From: Camelus dromedarius
Taxonomy: Eukaryota
Direction of reading: 5' to 3'
Assembly (NCBI RefSeq): GCF_036321535.1
Contig: NC_087436.1
Location: 8,928,001-8,992,000 of the forward strand
Length of the DNA: 64,000 nt
Below the pieces are notes generated by a model, which worked only from the letters and a program-made list of their open reading frames with translations, made no database searches and was not told where the DNA came from. The position numbers and the translations under genes were made by a program. Of this stretch, positions 42,234 through 56,715 are shown in pieces (positions within the stretch are counted from its first letter, which is position 1; every line of letters begins with the position of its first letter).

Positions 42234-42770
42234 TGTAACAGAAAAGGACAAATCTGGCTGCATATGAGATCTGTTCCTTTGACTTCAACCCCGGGCTCTG
42301 TTCCCTAGGCTTAGTCTTGCTGGTTCTGCACCTTCTGTAAAAGAGTGGTGCCTATAGCCTGACATAGAGAGGAGAGCCCATCCTCAAGGCTCTGACCTCT
42401 AAGGATATTAACACTGTTCCATTACTATAGAGATAAACGTTGCGGAATAGAAAATAACGTTTGTCTTGTTGGAGATTTACAAGGACACCATGATCTAACC
42501 CATGTGGACAGCTGCAAGAACAAAGGATTCCAAGAACAAAGAATTCCCACACCAAGAAATTTGCAACAACCAAGCATCCCTCCCTCCCCTTTTTAGTATA
42601 AAGGGAGCCTGGATTCTGACTTGGGGAGGATGGTGCTCCAGGACATTAGTCTGCCACCTTCTTGGTCTGCTGGCTTTCCGAATAAAGTCGCTATTCCTTG
42701 CCCCAACACCTTGTCTCCAGATTTATTGGCCTGTCGTATGGCAAGCTGAACAAGTTTGTAGTTGGTAACA
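42234..42770 (+). mobile_element. ERV1-class solo LTR, copy 3
   Basis: tgtaacagaaaagg...ttggtaaca; TSD tgat/ttat; TATA and aataaa present; internal 16-bp tandem duplication. Confidence 0.92.
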
Positions 42771-43431
42771 TTATGACTATTAATAAGCAAATATTCTCTC
42801 CAGTATGAATAAATAAACAAGAAATAAACTTATAAATAAATAAGTGGCATTAAAGATGTTCAGTGATTTATTTATCTAGCATGTTAAAATAATTTGTCAA
42901 ATAACTAATTCAGCAGTAGTTTTCCATAAGAGTTCCCAATGATTTTGGGTACCATGAAAATAAATACCAGTAACTTTCAAATTTTAAATAATTGTCATCT
43001 CGGATTTACTAATTGGGTTTAGCATGAGTTTATCATAGTTATTTCTGTGCATATTTCCAGGTTGCATATAATTTGAATTGTGTGGGGCAAACTGAAGCCA
43101 TCGTTTTTAATCAGGAAGAAATGGGATGTTATCACAGCATGGCTTGGCATTCATTCTTCCCTCAATTTTACTCCAGGTGCATTTCACTGGGTGGATTTGG
43201 CCTGTGGACTGAATTGGCCACTTGGTGTCCCTAAGAAAAGCACCCTGATTGGGAAGCCATATGGTGCAATGCTGTAAGCTGTATCACACTGTGAGTCATA
43301 TTTTGGCCGGCTTTGTTCTCACAGCTCAGAATTGTATCTGTGTAAATTTCTACACACTCACTGCTTATAGGTGTCATTAGGCTCACATTTTCTTTCTCTT
43401 TTTAAACACTTGCCATAAAAAAGTGTTGCTA

Positions 43432-43851
<420 letters not shown>

Positions 43852-44019
43852 CTAAGAAAAATATAATATAATCAGGGTTCCATTGTGTTTAGCAGAGAAG
43901 GGACTTGTGGCAGAACTAGCAGATGAACGTTTTACAAAATACGTTTGACATTTTCCCCTTCTTTCCTCCTCCTTGAACTCTCACGTCCCAACCCAATGAG
44001 GATTATAGTCTTTAAGTAC

Positions 44020-44220
44020 AAGGGCTGAAAAGTCAAACTGCCTCAATTCAAATTCTCTACAACTTACTAGCTTTATGTCTTTGGATAAATTGCTTCTATT
44101 TGCCACGTTGTACCACCTTCAATATGGGGTTAAGAGTATAGACCATCTCCTAGAAGTGTAGCAAACGTTGCATGTACTAATCCTCAGAAAGCACAGCCCT
44201 GGCACACAGTAAATGTTTAA
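44020..44220 (+). mobile_element. MIR SINE
   Basis: ttcaaattctctacaacttactagctttatgtctttggataaattgctt...cctggcacacagtaaatgtttaacaaatgt. Confidence 0.7.
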
Positions 44221-44849
44221 CAAATGTCACATTTCACATTCACAGCATTCCAATAAGAGAAAGGAAATGTCTGTATAGAAGGCAGGAAATAAGGGGGAAT
44301 AGCAATGAAAAACAGTGTCTTGAAAACTTCTTGTGGGGTTCGAACAGCAGATCCTTTCTTGTCTGACCTTTGCCACTTGGCAATCACAGATGCATTTCTT
44401 GAGCAAATGAACAAATCATGAAGAATCTGTCTTGTTATTCAGTCTAACAATCTCCACTGGCATCAGAAAAGTACAGGTGGATCAAATAGTCTTGTACTAA
44501 AATCAAACTAAGCGACTTCAGTCCTTTTGCTTTTATGGGTAAATTGGCTTTTCTTGTTTGAGAATGTTATCTAACTGAAAAGTAAAGAAGTCTATATATA
44601 AATTTCTCTCTCACCATATATATCTATTTGTGTGTGTATATATATATATTCAGGAATAATATGTACACATATATACATGCATATATATGTGTGCATACAT
44701 ATATTTACTGTCAGTGACAATTATATATTGCAAAAAAAAGAAACAACTTTTGAGTGGTTATAAACTTAAATTATAGTAATTTTATTGGATGCTTAGAGTA
44801 TATTTTCCGATGATTGGTTTAAAAGCCATCTCTCTACATGACTGCATCA

Positions 44850-45012
44850 TAATGATTGAGAGTATGGATTCTGATCCCAGATTTTAAATCACAGCTCCAA
44901 CAGTTGCAAACTTCAGAACTTTGGGTGGGTACCTAACCATCTGTAACTCAGTTTCCTCATCTGTAAAAGGAGGATAATTGTATATCCTTGGAGGTTTACT
45001 AAGATTAAAGGG
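44850..45012 (+). mobile_element. MIR SINE, 5' part (3' part resumes at about 53472-53525)
   Basis: tctgtaactcagtttcctcatctgtaaaagaggataat...aagattaaa core; the tail cttggcatgtgtaaaactc..tgttagttattgttatt follows the L1 block. Confidence 0.75.
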
Positions 45013-45016
45013 CTTG

Positions 45017-48000
45017 AGAGAGAGAGAGATCAAGATGGTGGAGGAGGAAGAGACAGGGCTCACCACCCCTCACAAACATGTCAAAACTATAAATGCATAT
45101 AGAGTGACTTTTGCTGAAATCTACCTGGGATGAACAAAACAGCTTTTCTACAACCAAGGCTATAACTAAAGGTTCACATGGAGTCTGATAGGAAGGGAGA
45201 AGGGGTCAGGCACAGACCTGCATCCCTGGTGGAGGACATAGAAGAGGAGGGGATACACAGGCTTGGGAATCCTCCCTGGGGAGCAAGGGATTCAAGCTAC
45301 ACGTTAGATACCACAACCTGTGGGTCCAACACCAGAAAAGTGAGTTCTCTAAGCTGGTTTGAAAATGAGCTTCTTGGAAGTCTATAAGGAACCCAGTCTC
45401 CGGGCTTAAAGAGCACAGACACAGACTTAATCCTATTCACATCACAGAGGCAGCAGATTGCAACTCCCTGGGGCCCTGGCCAGGCTGCCAGCACTTCCCC
45501 AGCACACCCTCAGCCTGCCTACGCTCCTGCTCCAGCCCATCATGCTCCGGTGCTACTACACCCACTACTATGGAGGCTGTCATTGCCAATGGGAGTGTGC
45601 ACACTCGGAGGGGATGGGGCCAGCTCAGACCCCAGACCAGGGCAGATGCAGTCATTGCCAGCTCATGAGTTCCTGTGCATACTTGAGTGGGGGCAGGGCC
45701 AGCTCACTGGTGCGGCACTACATCTGCAGCCCCTACACAAAGCATGTGCACCTGGGGCAAATGTGAAAGCAGCACAGAAGTGCAGCCCCAAGCACTCAGG
45801 TGCTCTGCCCCTGCCCTAGTTAGGGCAGTAAGGTCTACTGAGCATAGAAGCAGCCCTGGCTTGCGCCTGGCTCTGGCTCTGGCCTCACCAACTCCAGCCC
45901 AACCTCCCAGCAACACACCAAATCCAGAGGACGATGCAACCTGTGCTTCCTTCAGACCTAGCACTCCCACCAGAGCCACAGAACATACCCAGACTGAATA
46001 GGGATGCTCCCATGCAAAGACACTCCATCAAGATTGGGGTGGGTAATCTAACTAGCTTTACCAAATTTTATAGAGACAAAGAAATTTAAACAAAAATGAA
46101 AAGAAAGGAATGCTTCAAATGAAAGAATAATAACAACAAAACCCCCAAAATATCCTAAAGAAATAGAGAAATGTAATTTACTGATAGAGTTTGAAGCAAC
46201 AGAAACAAGAAGGCTAACTGAACTGGGGAAAACATAGATGAACAAAGTAAAATTTTAACAAAGAACTGGAACATACAAAAAAGAACCAGTGAGAACTCAC
46301 GAATTCAATAAATAAAACAAAAAACACAATAGAGGGAATTAACAGCAGACGAGGTGATAAGAACACATAAGTGAGCTGGAAAGTAGAATAATGGAAATCA
46401 CTCAATAGGAGCAGCAAAAAGAAAAACTTTTTTTTTTAAATGAGCATAGTTGAAAGAATCTCTGGGTAAGCATGAGGTGTACAAACATTTATATTATAAG
46501 GGGTTGAGAAAGAAAAGAGAGAAAGGATAGAAATATATTTGATCAAATTATGGCTGAAAACTTCCTGAAACTGAAGAAGGAAACAGGTATCCAGGTCAGG
46601 AGGCACAGAAGGTCACAAACAACATGAACTCACATATCATAATTAAAATGGCAAAGGTTAAAGACAAAAAGAGAATTCTACAGGCAGCAAGAGGAAAAAC
46701 AGAGCCACTCACCAGGGAACCCCCATAAGGTTATCAGCTCATTTCTCTGCAGAAACTTTGCTGGTCAGGAGGGATTAACATGATATATTTAAAATATTGA
46801 AAGATAAAAGCTGTAACCTAGGAAACTCTACGTAGCAAGTTTATCATTTAGAATTGAAGGATAAAGAGCTTCCCAGATAAGCAAAATCTGAGTTAATCAA
46901 TATTAAATTGACCTTACAAGCAGTGTTAAAAGTTTCACTTAACAGTGAAAAAGAAAAGGCTACAATAAGAAATAAGAAATTATAGCGTACAAAAAAATTC
47001 CACTAGTAAAGGCAAGTATATTGTAAAGGCTGTGAATCAATTACTTAAATAAGCTGTTATGAAGATTAAAAGACAAAAAATTATAAAATCAACTATAGCT
47101 GCAATCAGTAGCTAAGAGATAGACATTATGATGTAAAATATGACATCAAAAGCATAGAACATGGTTTGGGGAGTAAAAAAAAACACATAGGTTTTAGAAT
47201 GTGTTTTTACTTAAATGATTATCAGGTTAAATCAAGTAGATATAGGCCAACAGATATGAATGCCATGGTAACCATAAATCAAAAACCTACAATGGGTATA
47301 GAAAAACTAGAGAGAAAGAAATGCAAACACAACTCTGAAGAAAATCATCAAACCACAAAGAAAAAACTAAAAATTAAAAAAAAAAGTAGAAAAAAACCCC
47401 ACAGAAAATAACAAAATGGCAATAAGTAAATATCTAGAAATAATCACTTTAAATGTCAATGGACTAAATACTCCAATCAAAAGACATAGGCTGGCTAACT
47501 GGATAGAAAACAAATGAACAAAAAACAAGACCCATCTATATGCTGCTTTCAGGAGAACCACCTTAGAGCTAAAGACACACAGACTGAAAGTGAGGGGATG
47601 GAAAAATATATTCCATGGGAAAATGTAAGCTGGGTAGACTTTTTGTTTTAAAGTAGATTTTAAAGCAAAGTATAAAATAAAGGACAAAGAAGGACATTAT
47701 GTCATGATAATAAGATCAAAAAAATAAGAGGATATAACGTTTATAAACATATATGCACCTAATATAGGAGTACTTAAATATATAAGGCATAAAGGGAGAA
47801 ATTGACAATAATACAATTGTAATAGGGGACTTTAAAATCACACTTACATCAATGGATAGATCATCCAGACAAAATTAATACGGAAACAATGGCCTTAAAT
47901 GACAGATTATAACTGATGGAGTTAGTAGATATACGTAGTGCATTACAGCCCAGAACATCAGAATACACATTCTTTTCCAGTACACATGAAACATTCTCAG

Positions 48001-48481
48001 GATAGATCACATTCTAGGCCATAAAACAAGTCTAAACAAATTTAAGAGGATAGAAATTCTACCTAGCATCTTTTCCAACCACAAAGGTATGAAACAAAAA
48101 ACGAATTACAGGAAGAAAAATGAGAAACATACAAGCACATGGAGAATAAACATCATGCTACTAAAAAACCAGTGGGTCAACAAAAGTTATCAAAAAGGAA
48201 ATAAGAAAATACCTTGATACAAATAAAAATAAAAATACAACTTTTCAAAATGTATAGAACACAGCAAAAACAGTTCAGAGAGGGAAATTGTTAATGATAC
48301 AGGCCTATCTGGAAAAGAATAAAAATCTCAAATAAACAACCTAACATCTAAAGAAATTAGAAAAAGAAGAACAAAGTCCACATTCAACAGAAGAAAGGAA
48401 ACAATAAAGATTAGAGAGAAAATAAATGGAGACTTAAAAAAAAAAAAAAAGAAAAGTCAGTGAAACCAAGGGCTGTTTCTA

Positions 48482-48536
<55 letters not shown>

Positions 48537-51505
48537 ATGCCTTTAGCCAGACTTAATAATAAAAAAAGTATACCCACATAAACAAAATAAAAATGGAAGG
48601 TGATATATTACATCTGATCACAAAAATGCAATCATAAGAGAACATTATGAACAATGATATTCCAGAAATTGTACATCTGGAAGAAATGGATAAATTCTTA
48701 GAAACATATATGTCAAGACTGAATAAGAAGCAATAGATAATCTGAACAGACTGATTTCTAGTATTGAAATTGAGTCAGTGACCAATAAACTGCTGACAAA
48801 CCAAAATCCAGGATGAGATGTTTTCACAGGGGAATTCTACTTGACTTACTATGTTTCTTTCTCAAACTATTCCAAAAAATGAAGAGGTGAGAACACTCCA
48901 AATTCACTCTAGAGGTTACCATTACTTTGATACCAAAACCATACAAAGACACTAAAAATGAAAATTACAGGCCAATATCCCTGATGAATATAGATGCAAA
49001 AATCCTCAACAAACTGAATGCAACAATATATAAAAAGGATCATTCACCATGATCAAGTGGGATTTATTTCAAGGATGCAAGAATGGTTCAATATCTGCAA
49101 ATCAGTCAATGTGCTACACCACGTTAAGAAAACAAAGGATAAAAAGCATATAATCATCTTGATGCATGCAGAAAAGGCATTTGATCAAATTCAACACATA
49201 TTCATGATAAAAACTGTCAACAAAGTAGATGTTTAAGAAACATTACCTTAACATAATAAAGGCCATTATGACAAACCCACAGCTAGCATCATACTCAGTA
49301 GTGAAAACCTGAAAGCTTTTTCTCTAAAATCAGTAAAATCAGGAACAAGACAAAGATAGCCACTCTCATCATTTATATTTAACATAGTATTTGAAGTCCT
49401 AGTGACATAAATCAAATAAGAAAAAAGAATTACAAGGCGTTCAAATTGGAAGAGAAGATGTAAAACTATCACTATTTGGAAATGACGTAATACTATATAC
49501 AGAAAACTCTAAAGTCTCCACCAAAAAAACTAATGAATGAATCCAGTAAAGTTGCAAGATACAAGATTAAGAAACAAAAGTTGGCTTCTTTTCTATACAC
49601 TAAAAATGAAATATCAAAAAGAGAAAGCAAGAAAATAATCCCATTTACGATAGTATCAAAAAGAATAAACACATAGGAATAAACTTAATCAAGGAGGTGA
49701 AGTCTTATACTTTGAAACTATGAGACAATGAGGAAGGAAACTAAAGATGATGCAATGAAATGGAAAAATATCCTGTATTCATATATTGAAAAGAATAATA
49801 TTGTTGAAATGTCCATACTACGTAAAGCAATGTACAGTTTTAGCATAATCCTTATCAATCTATATACTCATGACATTTTTCACAGAAATAGAACAAATAA
49901 TCCTAAAATTTATATGGAAGCACAAAATACCCTGAATAGACAAAGCTATCGTGAGAAAAAAGAACAAAACTAAAGGGATCACGTTACCTGACTTCAGATA
50001 CTACAAAACTAAACTGATCAAAACAATATGATACTGGCACAAAAACAGACACATACATCAATGGCACAGAAGAGTGAGATTAGAAATAAGCTCACACACA
50101 TATGGCCAATTCATCTATGTTAAAGGAGGCAAAAATATACAATGGGGAAAAGATAGTTTCTTCAATAAGTGGTGTTGGAAAACTGGACAGTGTAGTGACA
50201 TGTAGAAGAATGAAATTAGAATGTTTTATCACACCTTATACAAAAAATAAACTCAAAGTAGATTAAAGACTTACATGTAAATCAAGAAACCATAAAACTC
50301 CTAGAAAAAATCATAGGCAGTACACTCTTCGACATACATATTAGCAATATTTTTTTATCTTTTTCCTTAAGCAAGGGAAACAAAAGCAAAAATAAACAAA
50401 TGGGACCAAATTACCCTTAAAAGCTTTTGCACAACGAGGAAAACTATCAGCAAAACAAAAGAGCCGCCTACTGAATGAGAGAAGATACTTGCAAATGATA
50501 TGTCTAGTAAGAGGGTAATATCCAGAATATATGAAGAGCTTATATAATTCAATATCAAAAAAACAAACAACCCAATTAAAAAATGGGCAAAAGATCTGAT
50601 AGATTTTCCCAAAGATGACATCCAGGTGGCCAACAGGCACATGAAAAGATGCTCAACATTACTAACCATCAGGGGAATGAAAATCAAGACCACAGAGAGA
50701 TATTACCTCACACTTATCAGAATGGTTATTGTCAAAAACACAATGCATAAAGTTGCGGGGATGTGAAGAAAAGGGAACCCGACCTAACTGTTAGTAGGAG
50801 TGTAAATTGGCATATCCCCTATGGAAAACAGTATGGAGGTTCTTCAAATAATTAAAAATAGAATTACCATATGATCCAGAAATTCCACTCCTGGGTATAT
50901 ACCCAGGAAAATTGAAAAAATAATTCCCCCCAAAAAATGCACCCTGATGTTTCTAGCAGCATTATTTACAATATCCAAGATATGGAAGCAAACCAAATGT
51001 CCATCGACAGATGAAAGGATAAAGAAGATGAGCATATACATACATATATATATATATATTATGGAATATTACTCAGCCATAAAAAATAATGAAATTTTGC
51101 TATTTGGAGCAACATGGATAGAACTGAAGGGTATTATGCTTAGTGAAATAAGTCAGATGGAGAAAGACACATGTTATATGCTTTCATTTATATTTGGAAT
51201 CTAAAAAAATAAAACAAAATAATGACTATAACAAAGCAGAAACAGACTCATAGATGCAGGGAACAAACTAGTAGTTATCAACAAGGGGACGAGGGGAATG
51301 GGTTGGGGGTAGGGGATTAAGACATACAACTACTAAGTATAATATAAACAAGATATGAGGATACAATGTACACAGAGAAAATATAGCCAATATTCTATAA
51401 TAACTTTAAATCTAGCATAATCTATAAAAATATCCAGTCACTATGTTGTACACCTGAAACTAATATGACATTGTAAATCAACCAAACTTCATATGAAGAA
51501 AAAAG
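45017..51505 (+). mobile_element. Near-full-length, inactive L1 (5' UTR, ORF1, ORF2, 3' UTR)
   Basis: Starts ...tcaagatgg with a GC-rich 5' UTR to about 46050 and an ORF1 remnant at about 46050-46950. ORF2 starts at ATG 47416 (MAISKYLEIITLNVNGLN..), has RT fragments (49018-49236, HHDQVGFI) and ends at 51204. Many stops and frameshifts. Confidence 0.95.
48481..48537. repeat. (TAAA)n microsatellite inside L1 ORF2
   Basis: Pure taaa run. Confidence 0.95.
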
Positions 51506-51513
51506 TCTTGGCA

Positions 51514-53470
51514 ATTCAGCAAGGTAGCAGGTTACAAGATTAACGTTCAAAAATCAGTTGCATTTCTGTATACTAATGATAAATCAACAGAAAAAGAAAG
51601 TAAAGAAACAGTCCCCTTTAAAATAGCACCCAAAGTAATAAAATATCTAGGAATAAATCTAACCAAGGAGGTGAAAGAATTTTACACAGAAAACTATAAA
51701 CCATTGATGAAGGAAATTAAAGTAGACTTTAAAAAATGGAAAGATATTCCATGCTCTTGGATTGGAAGAATCAATATTGTTAAAATGGTCACACTGCCCA
51801 AGGCAATCTACAGATTTAATGCAATCCCTATCAAATTACCCAGGACATATTTCACAGAACTAGAAAAAATCATAATAAAATTTATATGGAACCACAAAAG
51901 ACCTAGAATTGCCAAAGCATTACTGAAGAGAAAGAAAGAGGCTGGAGGAGTAACTCTCCCAGACTTCAGACAATACTGTAGAGCTACAGGCATCAAGACA
52001 GCATGGTATTGGTACAAAAACAGACATATAGACCAATGGAACAGAATAGAGAGCCCAGAAATGAACCCACAAACTTTTGGTCAACCCATCTTTGACAAAG
52101 GAGGCAAGAATATACATTGGAATAAAGACAGTCTCTTCAGCAGCAAATGGTGTTGGGAAAACTGGACAGCAGCATGTAAAACAATGAAGCTAGAACACTC
52201 CCTTACACCATAGACAAAAATCAACTCAAAATGGATTAAAGACTTAAACATAAGACAAGATACAATAAACCTCCTAGAGGAAAACATAGGCAAAACATTA
52301 TCTGACATACATTTAAAAAATTTTCTCCTAGAAGAAATAAAAGCAAGAATAAACAAATGGGACCTAATGAAACTTACAAGCTTCTGCACAGCAAAGGAAA
52401 CCGTAAGTAAAACAAAGCAACACCTACAGAATGGGAGAAAATTTTTGCAAATGAAACTGACAAAGGCTTGATCTCCAGAATATATAAGCAGCTCATATGA
52501 CATAATAAGAAACAAACAAACAACCCAATCCAAAAATGGGCAGAGGATCTAAACAAGCAATTCTCCAAGGAAGACATACAAATGATCAATAGGCACATGA
52601 AAAAATGCTCAATATCACTAATTATCAGAGAAATTCAAATCAAACCTACAACGAGGTATCACCTCACACCAGTCAGAATGGTCATCATTCAAATGTCCAC
52701 AAATGACAAATGCTAGACAGGCTGTAGAGAAAAGGGAACCCTCCTTCACTGCTGGTAGGAATGCAGTTTGGTGCAGCCACTGTGGAAAACAGTATGGAGA
52801 TTCCTAAGAAGACTAGGAATAGAATTACTGTATGACACAGGAATCCCACTCCTGGGCATATATCCAGAAGGAACTCTACTTCAGGATGACACCTGCGCCC
52901 CAATGTTCATAGCAGCATTATTTACAATAGCCAAGACATGGAAACAGCCTAAATGTCCATCAACAGATGACTGGATAAAGAAGCTGTGGTATATTTATAC
53001 AATGAAATACTACTCAGCCATAAAAACCGACAACATAATGCCATTTGCAGCAACATGGATGCTCCTGGAGAATGTCATTCTAAGTGAAGTAAGCCAGAAA
53101 GAGAAAGAAAAATACCATATGAGATCGCTTATATGTGGAATCTAAAACCAACCAACCAACAAACAAACAAACAAAGCATAAATACAAAACAGAAATAGAC
53201 TCACAGACATAGAATACAAACTTGTGGTTGCCAAGGGGGTGGGGGGGTGAGAAGAGAGAGACTGGGATTTCAAAATTGTAGAATAGATAAACAAGATTGT
53301 ACTGTATAGCACAGGGAAATATATACAAGATCTTGTGGTAGCTCACAGAGAAAAAAATGTGACAATGAATATATGTATGTTCATGTATAACTGAAAAATT
53401 GTGCTCTACACTGGAATTTGACACAACATTGTAAAATGATTATAAACCAATTAAAATGTTAAAAAAAAAA
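51514..53470 (+). mobile_element. Young 5'-truncated L1 with TSD
   Basis: Long ORF2 pieces (51671-52213, 52768-53145), poly-A, and perfect 15-bp TSD aaaaaagtcttggca at 51499-51513 and 53466-53480. Confidence 0.96.
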
Positions 53471-53954
53471 AGTCTTGGCATGTGTAAAACTCCATTTGTA
53501 TGTTAGTTATTGTTATTACTATTTTTAGAAACTAGTTTTCATAAGAACAGACATACACAAATAAAAATGTATTTCAATAATCAATTATATTTGTTTTTTT
53601 AAATAATACCTAAGAGGTATTTTTATGTTCATATAATTATGTGTATTTCCAAATAGAATTTAGAAAAATTAAAATGACAGGAAAAAGGACCAACACTATT
53701 AATAGTATAATTAAGAAAATAATTTATAATTTTTGATAGTAGTATAAATTGGAACAAATCTTCTAGAAAACAACTTAAAATTATTTGGTCTCTGACATCA
53801 TGATCTAATTGTTGAGAAAACATTCTATAACACTTAGAACAAAAAATAAGAAAAAGATTATTTATTGAACCAAGCTTTCCAATGCAGTATTATTTTAAAT
53901 AACTGATAATGACACTGAAATATTTAGTAGATTTTAAAAAATATATATTAATGC

Positions 53955-54137
53955 AATTCTTCTTGAAGTCTGGCATTTAGAATGGCCTAGAGAAGTTTTA
54001 TAACACAGATTCCACCTTCACTTTACCCGAGAAGTTCTGATTCAGTGGATCTGGAGTAAAGCCCCAAATTTATATTTCTAATTTCCCAGGTGATCATGAT
54101 ATTTTTGTTTCTGGGGTCAAACTTTTGGGCCTTTGGC
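53955..54137. mobile_element. hAT-Charlie MITE (MER5A-like)
   Basis: ttctgattcagtggatctggagtaaagcccc..atttctaa..ttcccaggtgat..gat. Confidence 0.75.
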
Positions 54138-55868
54138 TTAATGAAATCTTAGCTGCTAATTAAAGTAATATAACACAAGCAAAAAACTAGGTAAATAATT
54201 ATAAAATGTTCTTAAGTGGAAAAGATGAGACATTTAGGTTATGATATAAACCAGACATAAGAATGCAAGTATTTGGATAAAATTAAGAAAATATATGGAA
54301 AAATGAACACAATTCATTAGCTAATTGGATATGATACCAGGGAAAATTTTCTACTTTTACATAATTTTTTTAACGTTCAATGCAATACATTAAAAAAGAA
54401 AGTCCATAGTTGTGTCAGTTACAACTGTAAAATAATGACTGGTTTCGTTTTGGAAAATCTTTTTTCTCACCCTTATACCAGTACGTATGCCAATTGTTGA
54501 TCTAATGTTTATAGGATCCAAATTGGGGCTGCCATTATAACACAGTTGTGTTTTGTCTAGTTTTATATCTTGTATTTGTTTATTTCCCTACCATCTTGCT
54601 AACAACTAGTTTCTTACTATCAAATAGTTTAAGATTTATCAATTGGGTATTTTATTATTTATAATTGAAGAATGAGATTAAGGTAAAGTGGGTCAAAAGA
54701 TTATTTTACATTTTTCTGTCACAAACTGAGGACACTAACTGAATCAGTAGAGTTTCCTTTTTGAGGAGGAATAATTTGCCATGAAGTGAGGTCATTTTGG
54801 TATATTTAGGTTGGTATATTTCCTAGATTCTCTCTTCTTAAAGTTTTCCTCTTCTGGCCTGTACTCCAGTTCAGAGAGTTGTGTTAGAATGGCCAATAGG
54901 ACATTTTCTAGAAGTTAATGAACTGTTTTATACTAGCCAGAAGCTGTGTGTTGCATATAGCTGCTATGATTAAAATAAATTTAATTAATTCACATGCAAT
55001 CCAAAAGAAAGCTCATATTATGTAAATGAACAGCTAGAACATATCCTTTCTGACAGTAATTATCCATGACTAGTGCTGAACGTAAGTTTCAGCTAAGATT
55101 AAATCAATTTAATCTGATCAGCACGTCAAAGATCTCTTTCAAGTATACTCAGTCAGATAACACACGAAGCGAATTTTAATCAAGAACTTATACCCTGCTC
55201 TCTCACAACTTGATGAAATGACGTTTGTTCCTCCAAAAGTGCTATACATTCAACAAGTACAATATTTTGTAACCTCTGCTTTCAGAGCATTACAAAAATC
55301 CCTCGGATTTAAAATAAATGTTACGGAAACATTAAAAGATGAAAGACACCAAATAATAAAGCAAAATCATTCTACGTAATTCTAAAGATGGTCTTTTCAG
55401 GTTCTCAATCATGAAGCAATCCTCTTCAAGTGACTTAATATATACTTTATCAAACAGGTTCTTAACAGAGAGTGGATCTAAGCTGAAATAAACTTTAATA
55501 AAATTATTATTTTTATGTGCAAGGTGCTATATTAGATGCTATAGAATAGACACAAAGAGCAGTTGTTGACACTTTTCCTAGGGGCTTACAAAGGGCATAA
55601 GTCAGGATAAGGTCCCAATGAGAGAGGCAAAGATTTAGGGACATATTTAGGGATGCAAAGGAGCGTGAGTTGGCTAATAACAGATACGGTCTCACAAATA
55701 ATGTATCATGTCATGGTGGAAGTTATGTTCCAGGAATGGGTTAGGAGTTCAGAAGACTGACATAGGGATAGACAGGGTATGAAATAAAGGCTGATGCTGG
55801 ATTTAAAACAGTAACAGCAGAGGGAAGAAAGAACCAGATTTGGATGAGCTAACAACTTCTAATGGTGA

Positions 55869-55876
55869 TATATATA

Positions 55877-55914
<38 letters not shown>
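55869..55914. repeat. (TA)n(TG)n microsatellite
   Basis: Directly visible. Confidence 0.95.
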
Positions 55915-55916
<2 letters not shown>

Positions 55917-56469
55917 ATTGATTTAGAGTGCCAAGTAATTTGAGGTGTTAATTCTGTCATAAAAATATATAATGTTTCAGTATGAAATGTTAAATACTAT
56001 CTTAATTTTGACTTGTTAGAAAGAACAAAGGATTCTGGAGAAAAGGATTATTGTCTTTGCTTTTCCATTACCTATTAGTCTGACCTCTGCCAGGCTGCAA
56101 TCTCTTTGCTCCAGATGATCAAATGGTAAGATAAAAGGAAACTGATAAACCACCTTTATAGTTACTCTCATCCAAAAAATACTTCCGTTTAAGAATGCTT
56201 GGCAAAACAGTTTCTAATAAAAGGTAATGTCTGAGAAGTACATTTAGTAATCTTTCTCTAGAATGCTTAATACTCAAACTTCACCTGCATTTAACAATCC
56301 TAGGCTCATAATCCCCTAATTTAAATAAAATTTGCATACCATAGAAATAGCATTAGCTATACAAAATGCAGAATTATTTTTAAGCTAGATTTTCTGAATT
56401 GCTTTGTTTATTCAAAGATTTTGTCATTATTTTGTTTTTGTATCATGTTATAGTTACAAAAATGGACTT

Positions 56470-56715
56470 GAAAGTCTGAGTCCTTTATGTGTATTCCAAT
56501 TGTTACTACAAATGTGATTTTAGGCTAGTTAGTTAAAGTCACTGCGCCTCAGTTTCCCCACCTAACTGGAACAGAAGAAACTGTGTGTTATTTAAATGAA
56601 TATGTAAAATGGAGGTAACCATAATCATTATAGTAGCACATGGTTGTTGAGGGGATTAAGTGAGATGACACACTGAAAATGCCTGGCATAGGGTGTTCAT
56701 AAATGTAGTTATTAA
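56470..56715 (+). mobile_element. MIR SINE (with small internal insertion)
   Basis: gcctcagtttcccca...tgtaaaatggagg...ggttgttgaggggattaagtgagat...gcctggcatagggtgttcataaatg. Confidence 0.75.

Noticed and set aside
32749..42770. Full provirus between LTR copies 2 and 3 (or 1 and 2), given the about 10-kb spacing
   Set aside because: Each LTR has its own flanking TSD, I see no PBS, PPT or gag/pol/env remnants, and the intervening DNA contains older L2/MIR/MER relics.
45178..46001. Cluster of overlapping ORFs on both strands
   Set aside because: Expected from the GC-rich L1 5' UTR; no recognisable protein.
45017..53470. Active L1
   Set aside because: The long copy has numerous stops and frameshifts plus a microsatellite in ORF2; the young copy is 5'-truncated and interrupted.
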